The position numbers and the translations under genes are program-made. 64,000 nucleotides of DNA, taken from positions 21,208 through 85,207 of the IMG/VR virus record IMGVR_UViG_3300047323_000428; one strand, written 5' to 3'. Under the pieces are notes generated by a model. It did no database searches and was not told the DNA's origin. It saw only the letters and a program-made list of their open reading frames with translations. Origin of the DNA: a virus (lineage: Duplodnaviria; Heunggongvirae; Uroviricota; Caudoviricetes). Below are positions 49,505-56,565 of this stretch, piece by piece (within the stretch, counting starts at the first letter, position 1; each line of letters opens with the position of its first letter).

Positions 49505-50040
49505 GCTCTGCCGCTCTTGATTGCGTTAATCAAGCCGCGCGTTACTCCATAAATTGCAGCGATGGCATCTGACGTCTCGCCCTTCGCTACCCTCTCTCGA
49601 ATCTCTAGCACCTGTGCCGGTGTCAGCTTCACTGCACGATTGCGCTCACCTCGATTGCTCCTGCCGTGCGCGATCTTGTCCTCCTCGTTCCCGCTGCGCG
49701 TGTCCCATCGCAAGTTGCCGAGAACGTTGTTAGTCGGATTCCCGTCGCGGTGGCAGCCGTGCCACTCAAGGCAGTCGCCAGGACGTGGCCCCACAAACGC
49801 TTCCAGCACCAGCGTGTGAACCTGATAGGTCTTACTTCTTCCCTCTTTGGCAAGAGAGACGGTCAAGTGACCGGACTCTGCCGGGCCCGGCGCCAAGATT
49901 CGCTCTGGCTGCTCGCGGTAACGGTCGCCAACCGGATGACGAATCAGCAGCATGCGGCGCAGGCTCTTGACTCGACCGAGATTGGAGACTTGATAAAGCC
50001 CCTCATATCCCGCTATGTCTTTCCACTTTTCGCCACTCAT
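49489..50040 (-). CDS. HNH homing endonuclease (NUMOD4 plus HNH)
   Basis: IAGYEGLYQVSNLGRVKS (NUMOD4) and an HNH core ...WHGCHRDGNPTNN. It stands alone between the SleB-like gene and sbcD. Confidence 0.8.
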   Translation of the reverse strand: MSGEKWKDIAGYEGLYQVSNLGRVKSLRRMLLIRHPVGDRYREQPERILAPGPAESGHLTVSLAKEGRSKTYQVHTLVLEAFVGPRPGDCLEWHGCHRDGNPTNNVLGNLRWDTRSGNEEDKIAHGRSNRGERNRAVKLTPAQVLEIRERVAKGETSDAIAAIYGVTRGLINAIKSGRAWGWL

Positions 50041-50050
50041 TTTTGACTGT
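50034..50050 (-). promoter_or_regulatory. Degenerate PDM-like word (ACTCATTTTTGACTGTC) overlapping the HNH start codon
   Basis: The intergenic gap is 14 nt. The motif appears to be interrupted or abutted by the HNH gene. Confidence 0.4.
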
Positions 50051-50054
50051 CAGT

Positions 50055-50456
50055 TCACTTATAGAAGACGTGGTTTCCGGCCGCGTATACGCGCTCCATC
50101 CCACGATCCCAAACCGGATGCACTTCGCGCGTGTGGTAATACGTCGCTCCGTGCGTGAAATCATGGGCTTTTTTGCTCAACGTCACATACGCCACCGCTC
50201 GCGCTGTGCGCCACGCATTCTCGTCACGAGGCAGCGCGCGATTGGTAATCTTCCAACGCCCTTTTTGCCGAATCACAAGCCTGTTGGCCCACGAAAACTG
50301 CTTGGGCTTAAACACGACCTCGCACACTTTTGCGGGATCGCCCTCTGCTCGATTCATCGTTGTCATTGCGACGGCTAACTGCCCCTGAATGGGTTCCCCG
50401 CGTGCTTCGTGGAAGATATTCAGCGCCAGGCATAGAAAAGCACTCGCCAAGATCAT
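50055..50456 (-). CDS. SleB/CwlJ-family cell-wall hydrolase
   Basis: Signal-anchor-like N-terminus plus a FHEARGE motif and a conserved C-terminal region. Confidence 0.65.
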   Translation of the reverse strand: MILASAFLCLALNIFHEARGEPIQGQLAVAMTTMNRAEGDPAKVCEVVFKPKQFSWANRLVIRQKGRWKITNRALPRDENAWRTARAVAYVTLSKKAHDFTHGATYYHTREVHPVWDRGMERVYAAGNHVFYK

Positions 50457-50498
50457 TCAACTCCTCGCTACTCGACTTAAAATTCATTATACACCGAG

Positions 50499-50516
50499 TA
50501 GTCAGGGTTGACTGTT
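50499..50516 (-). promoter_or_regulatory. PDM copy (TAGTCAGGGTTGACTGTT)
   Basis: 42 nt upstream of the SleB-like start. On the minus strand a TATAAT lies 10 nt further downstream (50486-50491). Confidence 0.75.
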
Positions 50517-50880
50517 ATCGCATCGACATTGCCGACGCGATCCCCTTTGCTGTCTTGCCCGGATGATGACGGAACCGGATCAGCGGCAGCCCTCTTTGCC
50601 GCGTCGTGCCCCAATGGGCGAACGAGTGCGGATCGTCAAAGAAGTCTTCCACGAACGTCAGGTAGAGCTTGCCGGCCTTGCCCCTCGTCTTGATGCCGAT
50701 CACCTTAATGCCGCGCGCACGGCACTCCTCGAGCGTCGCCACGTCAATGCACCAGGCGTTGCGCTTTTGGTAGACCTCGCGGCTCTTCCTTGAAGCGATG
50801 TAGCAGGCGCGGCCGCTGTCGAGATAGTGCCACCACCCGTATTTCTTGCCATGCACGGTGTGTATGTAGCGGTTTGCCAT
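50515..50880 (-). CDS. Hypothetical basic protein (121 aa)
   Basis: ATG ORF. Confidence 0.45.
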   Translation of the reverse strand: MANRYIHTVHGKKYGWWHYLDSGRACYIASRKSREVYQKRNAWCIDVATLEECRARGIKVIGIKTRGKAGKLYLTFVEDFFDDPHSFAHWGTTRQRGLPLIRFRHHPGKTAKGIASAMSMR

Positions 50881-51141
50881 TTAGGCCCACTCCGACTCGC
50901 CGTAGTGCTCTGCGCGCTCCAGCGCCTCAAGTTCGCGGTTAAGCTCCTCCATGCGCCGCTGCACCTTCATCGCGCGACGATGGGCCTTGCCGGTCTTACC
51001 AAGCGCCGGTTGCTTCTGCTCGCCGCTCATGATGACTAGCGGCGCTACCTTGCCCTTCGGCACGTAGTCAGGCACGACGTAGCGCAGCGCTTCCCTCTTA
51101 TTCCACCGCTCCTGCTCTCGATACATCAGAAACCTCCCCAA
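50881..51141 (-). CDS. Hypothetical protein (86 aa)
   Basis: ORF overlapping the upstream gene by 16 nt. Confidence 0.4.
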   Translation of the reverse strand: MGRFLMYREQERWNKREALRYVVPDYVPKGKVAPLVIMSGEQKQPALGKTGKAHRRAMKVQRRMEELNRELEALERAEHYGESEWA

Positions 51142-51506
51142 CCCATTTCGTCATAAACCTTCGCCTGCTCGGCCGCCTCGCGTTCAGCCTTGCGCTTCTC
51201 TTCCCGCTTCTCTGCCGTGTATTCGTCAGGCAGGAGGAACGTGTAATTCACGCACTCGGGGTTGTCGATGATTTGATCCAGCACCGCGGTGAGGAGCTCG
51301 TCGCCGAAGCTGACCTTCATTTCTGCATTCGGGTGCGCATCGACCACAAACTTGTCGACCAGCCAGCACATATAGGTAGGGCGCTCGGCAAGCAACACTC
51401 TTGGCGTCTTGCCCGCATATTTGCCGAACGGCAGCGGCGTGTCGAAATCGAGGCTCACGCGCCAGGTCTTGTTCTTGATGTTGACTTCGCTCACCACGAC
51501 CCCCAA
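51126..51506 (-). CDS. DUF3820-like protein (126 aa, TTG start)
   Basis: FGKYAGKTPRVLLAERPTYMCWL matches the DUF3820 FGK(Y/F)KG...Y..WL motif. Confidence 0.5.
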   Translation of the reverse strand: MGVVVSEVNIKNKTWRVSLDFDTPLPFGKYAGKTPRVLLAERPTYMCWLVDKFVVDAHPNAEMKVSFGDELLTAVLDQIIDNPECVNYTFLLPDEYTAEKREEKRKAEREAAEQAKVYDEMGWGGF

Positions 51507-51880
51507 TCAGCAGAAGGCGTGTAGGCGACGACCGGCTCGGGCATCGGCGTGTGGCCGTTGAGAGGCGTGCGGCCGCTGAGGATATCCGCGATGGCTTGCT
51601 CATCCTCGTCGAGCGCGGCGTCGGTGGTGACTTTCACCAGGAACGTCGGCGGATTCTTCGTCCAGTGCCGGAACCGCGCCGCGTCTTTCTTGTGCAGAGC
51701 GATCCACATGTCCAGCTCGTCGTTGACGTCCTGATCGAAGAACGCCTGGCTGCTGTCCTTTGCAACCTTGTCCCGTAGCCAGCAGCAATACTGCGGGTCA
51801 ATCTTCAGGACGTCGGCGATCTTCCTGCCCTTGAACTTGCCAAAATTGAGCGCGTCGCTTTTGCCGTTTCCAGTGCTCAC
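51491..51880 (-). CDS. DUF3820-like protein, tandem paralog (129 aa; C-terminus ...SADWGSW)
   Basis: FGKFKGRKIADVLKIDPQYCCWL. Confidence 0.5.
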   Translation of the reverse strand: MSTGNGKSDALNFGKFKGRKIADVLKIDPQYCCWLRDKVAKDSSQAFFDQDVNDELDMWIALHKKDAARFRHWTKNPPTFLVKVTTDAALDEDEQAIADILSGRTPLNGHTPMPEPVVAYTPSADWGSW

Positions 51881-52227
51881 TCAAGCCTCCTCAAATACAC
51901 CACCGTCGCCTTCTTGGTCGGGGTGGCAATGTGCGGGCCGTTGATCTTCTGCAACAGCCCCATCAAACGTTGCGCGTGATTGCCATCAGGCGCGTCCAAT
52001 TCGGTGTGATTCATGTGGGCGTGCTGCGCGCACAACTCAGCGAGACGCCCCACCTCCACCTTCTCGACAACTGCTTTGCCAAATACCTCGCGGGCCTTCG
52101 AGTCCATCAGAAAGACTTCCTCGCCCTGCTGTAGATGCTTGGCGTAGAAGCCGCCAATGCGAAACGTGTTGAACTGCCCTTCGGTGCCGACGATCGGCGG
52201 AATAAAATCAACTACGCGTGTTTTCAT
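51877..52227 (-). CDS. Hypothetical protein (116 aa, possibly ASCH/PUA-like)
   Basis: ATG ORF. Confidence 0.45.
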   Translation of the reverse strand: MKTRVVDFIPPIVGTEGQFNTFRIGGFYAKHLQQGEEVFLMDSKAREVFGKAVVEKVEVGRLAELCAQHAHMNHTELDAPDGNHAQRLMGLLQKINGPHIATPTKKATVVYLRRLE

Positions 52228-52235
52228 GGGACGCC

Positions 52236-52270
52236 CCTGACTAAGAAGTGATGCTCTAATCTTAGTCAGG
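52236..52270. promoter_or_regulatory. 11-bp perfect inverted repeat CCTGACTAAGA-N13-TCTTAGTCAGG containing the PDM half-sites TGACTA/TAGTCA
   Basis: Lies between the RecA-like gene stop and the 52227 start. No T-run follows the stem. Confidence 0.6.
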
Positions 52271-52285
52271 AGCGACTAATTGCCG

Positions 52286-53323
52286 TTAGGCGGCCGCCGC
52301 AATGGGTGCTGCGGGCAAGAACTTGAGCAGTTCAGCCTGCTGGCCCGTCGCGCGGATATGCTGCGCGAGCGCCTTAACGTGATACTTCTTGCCGTCGATC
52401 CACGTCACATACGGCTTCGAGTAAGGCAGCGCGCCCTTGTCCTTCAAGAAGTCGATGGTCGAGAACTCGCGGTCAAAGCGCGCCACACCCGCCTCGTCGA
52501 ACGTCATGCGCATGTTCGCTTCCTTGAACGGCTTGGTGAGCTTCGACTTCGTGACCTGCGCCGTGATGTTCTGCCCGACGAACTCCTTGCCACCCGCGAC
52601 CGCTTCCATGATCTTCTGGCGACCCAACGCGATACGCGCCGTCGAGTAATACTCCATCGCCTTACCGCCCGGCGTCGTGCGCGGATCACCGTAGACCACG
52701 CCCGGCTTCAGGCGAATCTGGTTCAGGTAGAGGAACGTCGCGTTCATCTCCTCGCAGTGCTGCGCCATCGCTTTGAGCGTGGTCGACGTCACGCGGGCGA
52801 GCGCCGTCGTGTCGTTCATGGTGTATTCGTCGATCTCCTTTTCCGCCTGCGACTTCGGCAGCGCCGCTGCGATCGAGTCGAACACGAACAGGATCGGCGC
52901 GTCGTCTGCGATGGCGCCGCTCTTGCGGATTGCCTGACAGGCCTTCGCCGCAAAGACGTTGCCCTCTTCCCACGTGCGCGGCTTGCCATAGATCCAGTGC
53001 GGGCGCTTGTCGTTGAGGTCAAAGCCTTGCGTCGCCAGATCCACCGAGAACGAACGCTCCCAGTCGACGAAGCCCGCCACACCGCCCGCTTGCTGTGCGC
53101 GGCTCATCCAGTCGGTAGCGAGCGCCGTCTTACCGGAAGACGATTCGCCGAACATTTCACACATGCGCCCGAACGGCAGGCCGCCGTCATACTTGCCGCT
53201 GATGGCGTAGTTCAGCTCGGGAAAGCCCGTGTCGATGAATTGCGTCACCGCCTGGTTGTCAGCGTTCGCGCCGATGGCGGCGTCGAGTGCATCACAGAGG
53301 TCGTCAAGTTTGCTCATTGTCAT
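52286..53323 (-). CDS. RecA/UvsX-like recombinase
   Basis: Walker A FGESSSGKTALA. The L2-region QIRLKPGVVYGDPRTTPGGKAMEYYSTARIALGRQ aligns with RecA [30 protein letters not shown]. Confidence 0.75.
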   Translation of the reverse strand: MTMSKLDDLCDALDAAIGANADNQAVTQFIDTGFPELNYAISGKYDGGLPFGRMCEMFGESSSGKTALATDWMSRAQQAGGVAGFVDWERSFSVDLATQGFDLNDKRPHWIYGKPRTWEEGNVFAAKACQAIRKSGAIADDAPILFVFDSIAAALPKSQAEKEIDEYTMNDTTALARVTSTTLKAMAQHCEEMNATFLYLNQIRLKPGVVYGDPRTTPGGKAMEYYSTARIALGRQKIMEAVAGGKEFVGQNITAQVTKSKLTKPFKEANMRMTFDEAGVARFDREFSTIDFLKDKGALPYSKPYVTWIDGKKYHVKALAQHIRATGQQAELLKFLPAAPIAAAA

Positions 53324-53341
53324 TACTCAATTTTGACTGTT
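53324..53341 (-). promoter_or_regulatory. PDM copy (TACTCAATTTTGACTGTT) directly abutting the RecA-like ATG
   Basis: Zero spacing to the start codon. It also overlaps the last codon of the FEN gene. Confidence 0.7.
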
Positions 53342-54359
53342 ACAGAGAGGGATTGAAAGCGCGGGCCCAGGCTTTCGCGTCTTTGGTGATCGAGCGGAAG
53401 GCCAACTCCTCGCAGACTGCGGTGAACTTCTCCAGGTCGAACTTGCCCATCACGACCCGCATATCCTCCTTCTGCGGCTTCTCGACCTTCAAAAGCTGCA
53501 TCAGGCGCAGATTGCGCGGGAAGATCAGGCGGCCCTGACCGGGGTAGGCGTCCATGTGCTTCTTGAGCGCCTTGTCGGCCGTCTTTGCGTCGGCTCCGGG
53601 CGGTGCCAGAAAGCGAGCCTTCCATTCGTCCTTCGTGAATTCGCTTCGACCGCAATAAAGCGAGCGCAACGCTTTTGACTTGGGGACGTATTCACCGCTC
53701 TCACAGCGTCGCCAAAACTCGCGCACCGATCCGAACTCAGCGATGAACTCTGGCGCTCCGCCCTCACCGATCCCACCGACGCCGCCAATGACGTCAGAGC
53801 CGTCGCCTTGCAGCGCTTTGCCTTCGAGAAAGGCATACGGAGTCGGGAAGCCCGTCATGTCCATGAAGTTCGCAAGCGTGATGCGCTTGTCCTGATCCCG
53901 ATGGTCTTGCCACGTCACGTTGCGTCGAACGAGTTGCGCCCAATCTTCATCGCCGGTGATAAGCAGGATCTCGTTCTCGGGCTTCTTGGTCAGTTCCGCC
54001 ACGAAGTAACCGGCCATGTCGTCGGCTTCGTGTTTCATCGCCGTGACCTGACGGATGCCCAGATGCTCCAGCGCGCGAGAGATATAAGGGCGCTGCTGCT
54101 TGTAGGACTCGCGCTCGGCTTTCTTCTTGGCGTCGTTGTCGCGGTTCGACTTATACGGCGGGTGCATGTCGAAGCGCCACTGTGCGCGACCGTCCCACAG
54201 CCAGAGCAGCGTCGCGCCCGGATGGGTGCGGCGAATGTCGCGCGCCGTGTGGATCGTGCCGTAGATCGCCTGAGTTTCGAGATCGCCGGAGCGCAGCTTC
54301 GTGCCGCGGTGTGCCGCGTGCCCAACGCTGTTGCCGTCGATGATGATGGTCTTGCTCAA
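53340..54359 (-). CDS. 5'-3' exonuclease / flap endonuclease (PIN-like; RNase H / Pol I 5'-exonuclease family)
   Basis: IIIDGNSVGHAAHR, LITGDEDWAQLV and a helix-3-turn-helix region GDGSDVIGGVGGIG. TTG start at 54357-54359 with a GGAGAA ribosome-binding site. Confidence 0.8.
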   Translation of the reverse strand: MSKTIIIDGNSVGHAAHRGTKLRSGDLETQAIYGTIHTARDIRRTHPGATLLWLWDGRAQWRFDMHPPYKSNRDNDAKKKAERESYKQQRPYISRALEHLGIRQVTAMKHEADDMAGYFVAELTKKPENEILLITGDEDWAQLVRRNVTWQDHRDQDKRITLANFMDMTGFPTPYAFLEGKALQGDGSDVIGGVGGIGEGGAPEFIAEFGSVREFWRRCESGEYVPKSKALRSLYCGRSEFTKDEWKARFLAPPGADAKTADKALKKHMDAYPGQGRLIFPRNLRLMQLLKVEKPQKEDMRVVMGKFDLEKFTAVCEELAFRSITKDAKAWARAFNPSL

Positions 54360-54380
54360 TTCGTTCTCCACGTGGACGAG

Positions 54381-54410
54381 AAAAAGGACTGGCACCCGAA
54401 AGTGCCAGCC
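54381..54410 (-). terminator. Rho-independent terminator (CTGGCAC-ccgaaa-GTGCCAG followed by a T5 run on the minus strand)
   Basis: Perfect 7-bp stem. The A5 run at 54381-54385 is the T run on the minus strand. Lies between the SSB and FEN genes. Confidence 0.75.
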
Positions 54411-54435
54411 CTCTAAGGCTGGGCCGGCTTGAGGC

Positions 54436-55275
54436 TTACGCCGCTGCTTCCAGATCGCCCAGCAGATCGTCCAGCTCGCTGTCGAGCGCAACGCTTGCCG
54501 CCGACGGACCCGCTTCGACCTTCGTGCCGCGCATTTCCAGCTCGCGCAACTCGTCGTCGCCATCGAGCTCGGGTGCTGCCAGCGCCTTCGTCTTCGGCAC
54601 GTCGCGGTTCTCGGCGGCCGGCAGAAGACCTGCGACCGACGAAATTGCCGTCAGTGCGCGGCGCGTCTGCTCTTCGTTTTCCTGCGCGACGTATTCGTCC
54701 AGGTTGTGCAGCTTTGCCTGGATGCCCGCCGGCAGCGTGTGCTTCTTCGGCGAAATCTGAACGGAATACTTGGTGTTCAGACCCTTGCCGTCGCGCTGGA
54801 TCACGACGATTTGCGGGGTGGAGGCGTCGAACATCTGCGGACCCCACTCTTCGATCGTGTCGACCAGTTGCGTGAACGCCGACTTGCCGAGTTCGTAGAT
54901 CACCGGCTCTTCCTTCGTCGGGCCGTCGAGGTCGAGCACGTTCAGGACGAAGCCCTGCTTGCTCTTGGCGCCCTTGAGCGCTTCCACGGTTTCGTCGTCG
55001 GTCGTCACACGCATGGCCTTATTCAGACCGTCGCACGCGGCGCACGGCTTGCCGAAGGTGGCGTCCGCACACGGGATCACTGCCTGGATTTCACCTGCTG
55101 CGTTCTTGATGAAGTGCTGACCCCACTCGTGGAAGAACGTCTCGCGGTCTTCCTCGCGCCAGCCACCGAGAATCACGAGGCGGTTTGCGCCCGGACGGGG
55201 CTTGACGGTCTTTTCCTTCGGCTTGAGCGCGGCCTTCTTTTGCTTCATCAGGGCCATCAGCTTGCTCGTATCCAT
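54436..55275 (-). CDS. gp32-like single-stranded DNA-binding protein
   Basis: Zinc-site pattern H-x14-C-x8-C-x2-C (HFIKNAAGEIQAVIPCADATFGKPCAAC) resembling T4 gp32 His64/Cys77/Cys87/Cys90, plus an acidic C-terminal tail. ATG at 55273-55275 with an AGGAA ribosome-binding site. Confidence 0.6.
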   Translation of the reverse strand: MDTSKLMALMKQKKAALKPKEKTVKPRPGANRLVILGGWREEDRETFFHEWGQHFIKNAAGEIQAVIPCADATFGKPCAACDGLNKAMRVTTDDETVEALKGAKSKQGFVLNVLDLDGPTKEEPVIYELGKSAFTQLVDTIEEWGPQMFDASTPQIVVIQRDGKGLNTKYSVQISPKKHTLPAGIQAKLHNLDEYVAQENEEQTRRALTAISSVAGLLPAAENRDVPKTKALAAPELDGDDELRELEMRGTKVEAGPSAASVALDSELDDLLGDLEAAA

Positions 55276-55365
55276 CTTTGTTCCTTTTTCAGTTTGGTAG
55301 TAGAAAGTTGCCTTTTGGACTTCGCGGTGGAATATCACCGCTTCATCGTTTCAGCATGCTAATTA

Positions 55366-55383
55366 TAGTCAGCTTTGACTATT
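55366..55383 (-). promoter_or_regulatory. PDM copy (TAGTCAGCTTTGACTATT), with TATAAT immediately downstream on the minus strand
   Basis: 87 nt upstream of the SSB gene. Confidence 0.8.
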
Positions 55384-55399
55384 ACCCGTAGGCAATTTG

Positions 55400-56470
55400 T
55401 TACCCGTTTGCGACCCGTGCGGCAGACGTTGCGCGGTCCCGCAGGCTCTCGCGTTCCATGTCGCGCGCCATCGTGCGCACTTGCCCCTTCGAGTCTTCAC
55501 GGCGATCGGCGCCGAGTTGAATCACCATGTCGCGGCGATCCGCGAGCGCACCGACGCAGGCCTTCGCAACGGCCGCAATCGACTCGGCCTCGATGACCAT
55601 GACCTTGAGCGCAATCCACTTCGGATCGAGCTTCACCGCGTTTTCGATGGCCTTCTCGGTCGCCTTCTCGCCCGCTTCGACGAACGCCTTGCGGTGGTTG
55701 GCGTAGAGCTGTGCTTCCTTGACCTCGAAGCGCGCCTTGATCGACGCAGCTTGCGCTTCTGCGCGCGCGGCCATCGCACCATGATAGGCACGCAGCGCGG
55801 CCTGGCTCATCATGCAGTTGTCGAGGTTGGTTTCCGTCACCTGCATTTCGCGCTTGAAGTCGTCCACGTCGATGTAGAAGTCGAGCGAGGCCTTCGCCTT
55901 TTTCTTGACCGCTTCGGCAAGGGCTTCTTCTTCCTCTGCCGAGATCGGCGTCGGTGCGGGCTTTGGGGCGACCTTCATACCTTCCTCGCGCTTGCCAGCG
56001 GGCGGCGTCGGCACGGTGAGGTCAACGGGGTCGGGCGTGTGGACTTGTCCGAGCGTATCGACCGCCTTCTCTTCCTCCCAGGGCGGCGTCTCGGGCGGCG
56101 CAACGGTGCCCGATGCAATCTCAGCTTCGAGCGCGGCGAGGTCGTCGTCGACGCTGGTGTCGGCCGGTGCCGAGAGCGATGCAGGCAGCACGAACGTCGA
56201 GCCGCTTTCGTCTTCCATCACCACCGAGCCTTCGTCGGTCGCTTCGGGCGTCGGCACGGGGGCGACAGGGGTCGGCGCGGCCGGCTCGTCGTCGAGCTCC
56301 AGGCCGTCCAGTTCTTCGTCGCTCACCTCATCTGCGGTGGGCGGCGTGGGCGTTGCAGGTGCTTTCGGTGCGGGCGGTTTGGTGGCGACGGCAGACACGC
56401 CGGTCGACTCTTCCAGTTCGGCCATCAACGCATCCAGTTCCTCGTCCGATGCCGGAATCTCGTTTGCCAT
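55400..56470 (-). CDS. Replisome-associated hypothetical protein: acidic Pro/Ala/Glu-rich disordered N-terminal half and an alpha-helical C-terminal domain
   Basis: 356 aa. Located between the DnaE-like and SSB genes. A GAGGAG ribosome-binding site precedes the ATG. Confidence 0.55.
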   Translation of the reverse strand: MANEIPASDEELDALMAELEESTGVSAVATKPPAPKAPATPTPPTADEVSDEELDGLELDDEPAAPTPVAPVPTPEATDEGSVVMEDESGSTFVLPASLSAPADTSVDDDLAALEAEIASGTVAPPETPPWEEEKAVDTLGQVHTPDPVDLTVPTPPAGKREEGMKVAPKPAPTPISAEEEEALAEAVKKKAKASLDFYIDVDDFKREMQVTETNLDNCMMSQAALRAYHGAMAARAEAQAASIKARFEVKEAQLYANHRKAFVEAGEKATEKAIENAVKLDPKWIALKVMVIEAESIAAVAKACVGALADRRDMVIQLGADRREDSKGQVRTMARDMERESLRDRATSAARVANG

Positions 56471-56505
56471 GTTGTTTGCTCCTCGATTTGTGAGACGTTC
56501 TCTAA

Positions 56506-56534
56506 CTGACGCACATTTTAGCGATGTGCGTCAG
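56506..56534 (-). other. Perfect 11-bp stem hairpin in the 5' leader (CTGACGCACAT-tttagcg-ATGTGCGTCAG)
   Basis: Lies between the PDM copy at 56542 and the ribosome-binding site and ATG of gene 55400-56470. No T-run follows it. Confidence 0.6.
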
Positions 56535-56541
56535 GGTTGCA

Positions 56542-56559
56542 TACTCAATTTTGACTGTT
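56542..56559 (-). promoter_or_regulatory. PDM copy (TACTCAATTTTGACTGTT)
   Basis: Immediately after the DnaE stop and 70 nt upstream of the 56470 start. Confidence 0.75.
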
Positions 56560-56565
56560 GCCTAG

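Noticed and set aside
54371-54376. CACGTG upstream of the FEN gene as another copy of the island operator
   Set aside because: CACGTG alone is expected many times by chance in 64 kb. Only the full 22-bp palindromes at 14424 and 15104 are significant.
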